The notes under the pieces: generated by a model
The model's database searches: none
What the model was told of the DNA's origin: nothing
Seen by the model: the letters and a program-made list of their open reading frames with translations, nothing else
Translations under genes and position numbers: made by a program
Source of the DNA: an uncultured Fibrobacterota bacterium
Lineage (GTDB): Bacteria; Fibrobacterota; OXYB2-FULL-49-7; JAEUSG01
Direction of reading: 5' to 3'
NCBI GenBank assembly: GCA_964590225.1
Contig: CAZPWS010000011.1
Span: forward strand, 4,136-68,135
Length of the DNA stretch: 64,000 nt
Shown: positions 28,328 to 35,680 of the stretch, piece after piece
Layout: every line of letters begins with the position of its first letter
How positions within the stretch are numbered: position 1 is the first letter of the stretch

Positions 28328-30283
28328 ATGGCACTATTTAGCACTATGCTGCCAAAGGCAGCCCTTTCCACTCTTGTTGACCGTTTTCCGGATGGCCTGG
28401 CGATTTTTCTGCACGAAAACAATACCCCCATTTATGTTAATGACGCTTTCGCAGCCTTACTATGCCTATCAAAAGAAGCACTTCTAAGCGGCGACGCAAG
28501 GCTCCCCTTTGCAATACCGCAAAATGGAACCCAGCATATCGATTTTAGAAGTCCACTTCGAAGCATAACTCTTGACTGTAAGGTTTTTAACATTAAGCAT
28601 GAAAACTTCAATTTTAGGGCTATCACCATAAGGGATGTTACGGATGTCGTTTACAAGGAAAACATGCTGAAGGAAAAAGAGGAAAGACTCAGACTTGCTT
28701 TTCAGGGTGCACAAAACGGAATATGGGACTGGGACTTACGAACCGGCAAAATGCATTTTTCGCCTGAGTGGAAGATTATGATAGGTTGCGCGGAAAACGA
28801 AGTTTCAGACCATCCGGATGCATGGTTTAAACGAGTTCATGACATGGATATGCCGGTTCTTCAAAATGCCATACAGGAGCATCTCCGCGGTAAAACACAG
28901 CATTTCAAGTGTCAATACAGAATTCTCCACAAAGATTTCTCCTATAAATGGATGCTTTGCAGTGGCGCCGCAATTAACGGACCCGATAACCGACCGGCAC
29001 GGCTTACAGGTGTCCAAGTTGATATTACCTCACAAAAAGAAAATGAAACAAGGCTCAAGGAAGCACTTGATGACTTGCAATTAGCACTCACATCCGAAAG
29101 GCTCCTGCTTCAAGAGCTTGATCGAAAAAACAAGGAATTAACTGAGCTGTCCATTACTGATGGTTTAACTAAACTTTACAATCATAGATTTCTTCAGGAA
29201 AGATTTGATTTTGAATTCGGTAAAGCAAGACGCTATGGTCAGGTACTATCATGCCTTTTAATAGATATTGACCATTTTAAAAACATAAACGATACATACG
29301 GCCACCAGTTCGGCGATTGCGTACTACGAGATTTATCGCGACTACTCAAAGAAAATTCCCGCGAATCGGATATTTGTGGAAGATATGGAGGCGAAGAGTT
29401 TATGGTTGTATCGTCAATATCTATTGACGACGCGCTGAAATTCGCGCAAAAACTTCACGATGCTGTAGCCTCTTACCCATTTTCTGACGGTACAACAACT
29501 ATTAAGGTTACAATAAGTATCGGCGTTACAGATTATAAAAACGATATAAAAACAAAGCAGGAAATGATTGAGCGGGCAGACAACGCTCTTTATCAAGCCA
29601 AGCACGAAGGGCGTAACACCGTGCGACAATGGAAGGAAAGAAATGACAACGACGACAAAACTATGGACCCCGATGCAATAGAAGGTTTGCGTAACAGTTT
29701 TAACAACCTGACTGAAAAAATGCGTACAACCTACATAGAGTCAACAAACGCACTGGTTAATGCCATAGATGCGAAAGATCACTACACCATGGAACACTCG
29801 CAAAATGTCGCCAATTATGCTGTCGCTCTTGCGAAAGAAATTCACTTGCCAGATAAAACTATCGAGACCATAAAGAACGCCGCCCTACTGCATGATGTTG
29901 GTAAAATTGGAATAGCACAGGAAATACTTCTTAAAAACGGACCTCTTACAAAGGAAGAATTTGAAGTAATGAAACGGCATCCTGTAATTGGTGTCAATAT
30001 TCTTAAAGATGTAAAATTCCTTGAGAAGGAGTTGCCAATTATCCTGCACCATCACGAAAGATTTGATGGAAAAGGATATCCACACGGTCTCAAAGCGTAC
30101 GAAATACCTCTGGGGGCAAGAATTCTCGCTGTGGTGGATGCTTACGACGCAATGACTACAGACAGGCCATACCGAAAAGCGTTATCAAATGAAATTGCTA
30201 TTGAGGAGCTTAGGAAAGGGGCTGGCACCCAGTTTTCAGAAGAGCTAATTGATGCTTTCATAAGAATTATCCGAACTTCATAA
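28328..30283 (+). CDS. PAS-GGDEF-HD-GYP composite c-di-GMP turnover protein
   Basis: PAS-like region (WDWDLRTGKMHFSPEWK), intact GGDEF A-site (RYGGEEFMVV), and an HD-GYP domain (HSQNVANYAVALA ... LLHDVGKIG ... HHERFDGKGYP). Confidence 0.85.
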   Translation: MALFSTMLPKAALSTLVDRFPDGLAIFLHENNTPIYVNDAFAALLCLSKEALLSGDARLPFAIPQNGTQHIDFRSPLRSITLDCKVFNIKHENFNFRAITIRDVTDVVYKENMLKEKEERLRLAFQGAQNGIWDWDLRTGKMHFSPEWKIMIGCAENEVSDHPDAWFKRVHDMDMPVLQNAIQEHLRGKTQHFKCQYRILHKDFSYKWMLCSGAAINGPDNRPARLTGVQVDITSQKENETRLKEALDDLQLALTSERLLLQELDRKNKELTELSITDGLTKLYNHRFLQERFDFEFGKARRYGQVLSCLLIDIDHFKNINDTYGHQFGDCVLRDLSRLLKENSRESDICGRYGGEEFMVVSSISIDDALKFAQKLHDAVASYPFSDGTTTIKVTISIGVTDYKNDIKTKQEMIERADNALYQAKHEGRNTVRQWKERNDNDDKTMDPDAIEGLRNSFNNLTEKMRTTYIESTNALVNAIDAKDHYTMEHSQNVANYAVALAKEIHLPDKTIETIKNAALLHDVGKIGIAQEILLKNGPLTKEEFEVMKRHPVIGVNILKDVKFLEKELPIILHHHERFDGKGYPHGLKAYEIPLGARILAVVDAYDAMTTDRPYRKALSNEIAIEELRKGAGTQFSEELIDAFIRIIRTS

Positions 30284-31143
30284 TGTATATTACCAGTATG
30301 AAGAAGTTTTATTTGATATTGCCATTTCTTCTTTCTGTGATCGGGTGTTCCGGCAGGGGTAAGGAGCTAAAATTTTCCTTTGCGGTTCCCGATACTGTCC
30401 GATATAAAGTCCTTTCTCAGGCAAGCTCACGAACCACTACAGCTTCTTCCACAACTGCCCATTCAACAAGAATCGAAATGACTGTATCGTATTTTGTAAA
30501 AGAACAGCTTGCTAACGGCGACAAAAGGCTACAATTTTCATACGATGATATTAGTTACGAAAATTCACAGGCCGATAAGCATAATACCGATTCCATTATT
30601 AAGGAATTAAAAAGCACACCAATAACTGTAACAATGTCTCCATACGGGGATATTGCCGACGCTACTGGATACGAACAGATACCACGGTTTATGGCGGAAG
30701 ATTTTAACATTTTTACTCTCCTTCTTAAGGCTCTGCCCGTATTTCCTCGTTCGCCTGTACAACCGGGAGCGAAATGGGAAAGGGAACAGGAATATCCAAT
30801 CGAGAATGGCCTTATAAAAGGAAGAATGCTTGTATATAAAAGATTTACACTTATCGATTCTTCCGTGAATGAGAATCCCTTTCTTTCGCTTGTTTCAACA
30901 GACATTTCAATGCGATTTGATGTTCCTGATAATGAAAATTTCTCTATACAACGGGACGGTCAGGAAGAACTTGGCCTTAATGGCCGTGGCGAAATTCGTT
31001 TCGACAGCGACAGAGGCATGGTAACAGATGCAAGAGCGGCCGTATTCGGAAAAATGATAATTGGACTTAAGCATCCAATCACCAAAGAGTCCATTTTAAC
31101 AAAAGTGGAAATTGCTCAAAGTATCCAGGTCTATGAACCATGA
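30283..31143 (+). CDS. Lipoprotein (286 aa), function unknown. The real start is probably the internal ATG at 30298.
   Basis: MKKFYLILPFLLSVIGC has a signal peptide plus lipobox Cys. There is a 1 nt stop/start overlap with the upstream gene. Confidence 0.6.
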   Translation: MYITSMKKFYLILPFLLSVIGCSGRGKELKFSFAVPDTVRYKVLSQASSRTTTASSTTAHSTRIEMTVSYFVKEQLANGDKRLQFSYDDISYENSQADKHNTDSIIKELKSTPITVTMSPYGDIADATGYEQIPRFMAEDFNIFTLLLKALPVFPRSPVQPGAKWEREQEYPIENGLIKGRMLVYKRFTLIDSSVNENPFLSLVSTDISMRFDVPDNENFSIQRDGQEELGLNGRGEIRFDSDRGMVTDARAAVFGKMIIGLKHPITKESILTKVEIAQSIQVYEP

Positions 31144-31865
31144 AAACAAACACTATGGCTATTTCTACTATTGTAATTGTTTGTTTTCTTTTCCACTCCT
31201 TGCAAGCTATTAGCATAAGCGGCACACTGGAAAAAAACACTACATGGTCTTCCGCCGACAACCCTATTATTATTACGGGCAACATTGAAATTCCAGACTC
31301 GGTTGCACTAAAAATCAAGAAGGGAACGATAATTCGCTTCGACGGTTACTATCGTTTACTTGTTCGTGGTTCTTTAGAGGCTGATGGCGAGGCAGGCAGC
31401 GAAGTTGAATTTTCTTCAAATAAAGAGAAACCCTCTGCAAGCGACTGGGAAGGCATAATTTTCTACGGAGAAAAAAGCGGTGGTTACCTAAAGTATTGCA
31501 AGATTCGGCACGCATACAGAAATTTTGTTTGGAAATCTTCGCCCTTTATTCAGTCCTGCACCTTTATAATGAACAATTATGCGATATACTGTTCATATTC
31601 TAAATCTGCTAAGATTATTGACAACTCATTTACAAAAAATAACTTTGCTATCTATTGTGACTATTCAAGTCCGGTAATACAAAAAAACACTATTACCGAT
31701 AACTCTTACGGCATTTACTGTGTTCTCTCATCCGCGCCAATTGTTGGTGAAAATAGAATTGCGGCCAATACAGAGAAAGATATTTACATGGACGATAGTT
31801 TGGGGAAAAATGGTGCAGAAAATGTAAACAACCATGTTTGGGATTTGATGAAAGGTCTTTTTTAA
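31140..31865 (+). CDS. Exported right-handed parallel beta-helix repeat protein (241 aa)
   Basis: Signal peptide. Repeated PbH1-like units (NNYAIYCSYS / NNFAIYCDYS / NSYGIYCVLS). Overlaps the upstream stop (ATGA). Confidence 0.65.
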   Translation: MKTNTMAISTIVIVCFLFHSLQAISISGTLEKNTTWSSADNPIIITGNIEIPDSVALKIKKGTIIRFDGYYRLLVRGSLEADGEAGSEVEFSSNKEKPSASDWEGIIFYGEKSGGYLKYCKIRHAYRNFVWKSSPFIQSCTFIMNNYAIYCSYSKSAKIIDNSFTKNNFAIYCDYSSPVIQKNTITDNSYGIYCVLSSAPIVGENRIAANTEKDIYMDDSLGKNGAENVNNHVWDLMKGLF

Positions 31866-31867
31866 TT

Positions 31868-33073
31868 ATGGCAAAAACACACCCTGGATTCGATCAAGTA
31901 GCGAAAGGTTATCTTTTTCCCGAAATCGGTCGGCGTGTCAGAGCGTATGCTTCGGCAAATCCAAAAGCGAAGATAATGCGACTTGGCATCGGGGACACAA
32001 CACAACCACTACCTTCCATTGTTATAGCAGGGCTCCTTAACGGTGTTAATAAACTCGCAAAGATTGAAACTTATACCGGTTATCAGGACGACAGTTCCGG
32101 CATCCCATCTCTTAAAAATGCCCTTAAGACACGATATCAGAAATTAGGAGTAACCCTTGACCTTGACGATATCTTTGTTAGCGATGGAGCTAAGTCCGAT
32201 TCTGCCAATATCCAGTCGATATTCGATATAAGCAATATAGTGGCCTTTCAAGATCCGGCTTACCCTGTATATGTCGATAGCAACATAATGGCGGGCCGAA
32301 ATAAAAACAACTTCGTTTATATGCCTTGCTCAGAAGAAAACGGCTTTTTCCCTGCCATACCTAATGAAAAGGTTGACATTATTTACCTGTGTAGTCCCAA
32401 CAACCCAACGGGTGGAGTAGCAACCAAAGAACAGCTTAAAAGTTTTGTGAACTACGCTATTGAACAGAAAGCGGTTATTATTTTTGACGCTGCATACAGT
32501 GCATATATTTCCGATCCACTACTCCCCCGCTCAATTTATGAGATACCAGAGGCTAAAAAGTGTGCAATTGAAATAAACAGCTTTTCAAAAGAGGCAGGTT
32601 TCACAGGTGTCCGTTTGGGCTGGACAATTGTACCCAAGGCAATTGTGTGCGAAGATGGCGAAGAAGGAAAGCTGAACAGGCTTTGGACTAGAAGGCAAAA
32701 CACTATGTTCAATGGTGCATCTAATATAGTTCAAGACGGCGGCATAGCCGTTTTGTCCGATGCCGGACAAAAAGAGTGTAACGAAGTTATCGCTTACTAT
32801 ATGGAAAACGCAAAACTGATCCTTAATGGCGTAAAAGAAAAGGGGCTCGTTGCCTTTGGTGGTATAAACGCCCCATATATCTGGATGAAAACTCCAAATG
32901 GAATGGCATCGTGGGACTTCTTTGATAAACTATTGAACGAGGCTCATGTTGTCGGTACACCCGGTAGCGGTTTCGGCGCAAGCGGAGAGGGATATTTTCG
33001 TCTGAGTGCCTTTGGTATTAGGGAGAATGTTATTGCGGCAATTGACTCTATAAACAAAAATCTTAAATTATGA
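31868..33073 (+). CDS. dapL: LL-diaminopimelate aminotransferase
   Basis: AKGYLFPEIGRRV N-terminal hallmark of DapL and a fold-type I PLP aminotransferase (SFSKEAGFTGVRLGW carries the PLP Lys). The ORF track starts at 31838. The ATG at 31868 is 2 nt after the upstream stop and fits better. Confidence 0.8.
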   Translation: MAKTHPGFDQVAKGYLFPEIGRRVRAYASANPKAKIMRLGIGDTTQPLPSIVIAGLLNGVNKLAKIETYTGYQDDSSGIPSLKNALKTRYQKLGVTLDLDDIFVSDGAKSDSANIQSIFDISNIVAFQDPAYPVYVDSNIMAGRNKNNFVYMPCSEENGFFPAIPNEKVDIIYLCSPNNPTGGVATKEQLKSFVNYAIEQKAVIIFDAAYSAYISDPLLPRSIYEIPEAKKCAIEINSFSKEAGFTGVRLGWTIVPKAIVCEDGEEGKLNRLWTRRQNTMFNGASNIVQDGGIAVLSDAGQKECNEVIAYYMENAKLILNGVKEKGLVAFGGINAPYIWMKTPNGMASWDFFDKLLNEAHVVGTPGSGFGASGEGYFRLSAFGIRENVIAAIDSINKNLKL

Positions 33074-33291
33074 TAAACGAACAGTCGGTAGAGGAATTTT
33101 CCTCCATTCTTCATGATCTCAACAACATTATTAATACCCTCAACGGCTATGCCGAACTGCTAATCGAAGCCTCAAAGCAGAATAGTCAGGATGAGGTGCA
33201 ACTCTATAAAGAAAAGATAGTAGCAACAGTAATTAACAAGCTACCTCTTGCAAAAAGCATTGCTCAACGGATGCAACAGTTAGAAATTTAA
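33070..33291 (+). CDS. 73 aa protein with a HisKA-like H-box (phosphoacceptor/dimerisation helix only)
   Basis: FSSILHDLNNIINTLNGYAELL resembles the histidine-kinase H-box HDLNNxL. ATGA overlap with the dapL stop. Confidence 0.45.
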   Translation: MINEQSVEEFSSILHDLNNIINTLNGYAELLIEASKQNSQDEVQLYKEKIVATVINKLPLAKSIAQRMQQLEI

Positions 33292-33311
33292 TCTTTGGGA
33301 TACTAAAAACT

Positions 33312-34247
33312 ATGAAAAGAAAAGATCTCCTTACCCTATTAGACTATTCGGAGCAGGAAATAATAAACATTATAAGAATGGCAGCATCACTCAAAAAAGA
33401 GCTTAAAGAAAAAAAATTTCCCAAACCACTGAACAATAAAACAGTTGCGCTAATATTTGAGAAACCTTCACTGCGGACACATGCTACATTCGAAACTGGC
33501 ATTGTACAGCTTGGTGGCCACGCACTCTATCTGCCTCCTTCAAATATCAAGATAGGCATTAGAGAGAGCGTAGTGGATGTGGCAAAGAATCTTGAAAGGT
33601 GGGTGGACGGTATAGTTATTAGAACATTTTCGCAAAAACTTGTTGAAAATTTGGCGATTGCCTCTTCTATACCTGTAATTAACGCCCTTACCGATGAAGC
33701 CCACCCATGCCAAGCGCTTGCGACAGGCCTTACAATCAAAGAGCATTTTGGCAAATTCGACAAACTAAAGGTTGCTTTTGTTGGCGATGGAAACAATGTG
33801 GCATCATCTCTCCTAATTATGTGCGCAAAACTTGGTATGAACTGCGTACATGTCGGACCGCCAAGGTACCAGCTCCCCTCCAACTATCTTGCAATAATAA
33901 CTGAACTTTCTAAAAAGAAAAAAAGAACCTTTGAGTACAGCCAAGACATTAAGAGTGTAGCGAAAGCTGACCTCATATATACCGATGTCTGGACAAGTAT
34001 GGGCCAAGAAGCCGAATCTGCCCGAAGATTGAAAATTTTCCGAAAATATCAGGTAAATAGCGCCTTAATGGAGATTGCAGGACCGCAAGCCTTATTTTCA
34101 CACTGCCTACCTGCGCACAGAGGTGAAGAAGTTACCGCCGATGTGCTTGATTCCAATAAGTCAATAGCTCTTGACGAAGCAGAAAACAGGCTGCATGTTC
34201 AGAAAAGCGTCCTTACGATGCTTCTGGCAAATAACCACAAACGATAA
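33312..34247 (+). CDS. Ornithine carbamoyltransferase-family enzyme (possibly N-acyl-ornithine carbamoyltransferase, argF')
   Basis: Carbamoyl-phosphate site KPSLRTHATFE (SxRT) and the OTC-type HCLPAHRGEE motif. 311 aa. Confidence 0.75.
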   Translation: MKRKDLLTLLDYSEQEIINIIRMAASLKKELKEKKFPKPLNNKTVALIFEKPSLRTHATFETGIVQLGGHALYLPPSNIKIGIRESVVDVAKNLERWVDGIVIRTFSQKLVENLAIASSIPVINALTDEAHPCQALATGLTIKEHFGKFDKLKVAFVGDGNNVASSLLIMCAKLGMNCVHVGPPRYQLPSNYLAIITELSKKKKRTFEYSQDIKSVAKADLIYTDVWTSMGQEAESARRLKIFRKYQVNSALMEIAGPQALFSHCLPAHRGEEVTADVLDSNKSIALDEAENRLHVQKSVLTMLLANNHKR

Positions 34248-34253
34248 CAGTTA

Positions 34254-35540
34254 TTAGTTTACAGTTATAGCCTTACCCTGTCCTCTATAAAGGTCAAGTT
34301 CACCTTCTAACTCGATTTTTATTACAGTTGCGTATTTGTCTATCTCAGATTCTGGTATGTTTATCCATAGCACACCAGGGATGGGAATTTTCATCCAAGG
34401 CGCTCCTCCAATCATTTTATAATCGAGTTCTCTCCCACTCTTAAGAGCGGAAATCCGCTTAATTCTATTATTGATACCCTTTATAGCAACTGCGTCCCAC
34501 GGGCGATCGAATAGATAGGCATAAATTACAGTACGATCCTTAGATAGTGTAGTTGCCCCATAAAAATGGCCTGCTGGAAGACCGGCAACCGTACCATAAA
34601 CAGCCTCAGAATGATTTTTTATCCAGCCTCCAAGCTCTTTTAATACCGCTACTTGCTCTTCAGGAATGGTTCCATCTGGCTTTGGACCAATATCAAGCAG
34701 CAGATTTCCTCCCATACCAATGCATTCAACAAAAGTTCTTATTATTTGTCGTGGTGTCTTGTAGTTTTTATCACGAGGTTGATATCCCCATGAGTCGTTG
34801 ATGGTCATGCAAAATTCCCACTGCCCTTCCGGAGCTATTATAGGAAAAGCTTGTTCGGGAGTTTCATAGTCACCATGACCATGCATACGAGAGTTAAGAA
34901 TAACTTCCGGCTGCCAACTGTGAAGTAAGTCCCTCAACTCCTTCATTTTCCACTGCTCGGGACTCGGCCACCAGTCACCATCAAACCAAAGTAAATCTAT
35001 TTTTCCAAACTCTGTACACAATTCTTTCAACTGCGCACGATGAAATCTTAAAAACTCTTTCCATTGTGGATCATCACCGAACTTATAGGGGTGAGCTGGT
35101 GAGCAAACGGTCTCTTGGGTCCGTTTATTTACTGGTACCTGAGGTGCATATCCTGGGTGTGACCAGTCAAGTTGTGAAAAATAAAGTCCTACCTGAATCC
35201 CTTCAGCACGAATGGCATCACAATAGGGCGCAACAAGATCCCGACCAGCAGGGGAGCTTTTAACGCAATTTAGATCGCTCTCCTTCGTGTTCCAAAGAGC
35301 AAATCCATCGTGATGTTTTGCGGTTAGTACGGCATATTTCGCGCCCGCTTCCTTAAAAAGTTTTGCCCACTCATTGGGGTTATACTTTTCACCAGTAAAT
35401 CCATCCTTCTGTTTAAAGTAATCTTCGTAGGAGATTTCCCCGTTAAAAAAAGACCACGACTCAGCTATTCCGTTAACAGCATAGATTCCCCAATGGATAA
35501 AAATACCAAGCTTTGCGTCAGTGAACCACGGTTGCATCAT
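34254..35540 (-). CDS. GH29 alpha-L-fucosidase
   Basis: N-terminus WFTDAKLGIFIHWGIYAV ... AKHHDGFALWNT is typical of GH29. 428 aa. Confidence 0.8.
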   Translation of the reverse strand: MMQPWFTDAKLGIFIHWGIYAVNGIAESWSFFNGEISYEDYFKQKDGFTGEKYNPNEWAKLFKEAGAKYAVLTAKHHDGFALWNTKESDLNCVKSSPAGRDLVAPYCDAIRAEGIQVGLYFSQLDWSHPGYAPQVPVNKRTQETVCSPAHPYKFGDDPQWKEFLRFHRAQLKELCTEFGKIDLLWFDGDWWPSPEQWKMKELRDLLHSWQPEVILNSRMHGHGDYETPEQAFPIIAPEGQWEFCMTINDSWGYQPRDKNYKTPRQIIRTFVECIGMGGNLLLDIGPKPDGTIPEEQVAVLKELGGWIKNHSEAVYGTVAGLPAGHFYGATTLSKDRTVIYAYLFDRPWDAVAIKGINNRIKRISALKSGRELDYKMIGGAPWMKIPIPGVLWINIPESEIDKYATVIKIELEGELDLYRGQGKAITVN

Positions 35541-35680
35541 AACAGACCTCCTTTTTATTGTATTTCAAGTATAGTAAATCATCATGAAATTAGCTATGTA
35601 ATATGGCACTTTATTTGTGTAGATTTCTGATATGATGATATCCTATACAGGTAGTCTTAATGTAACTTATATTTCGATCA

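Noticed and set aside
35541-35680. Bacteroidetes-type -33/-7 promoter (TTTG / TAnnTTTG) upstream of the transporter-HEAT gene
   Set aside because: Only partial matches (TTTATTTG). I cannot distinguish them from the AT-rich background, so I reported the better-defined sigma-54-like element instead, at low confidence.
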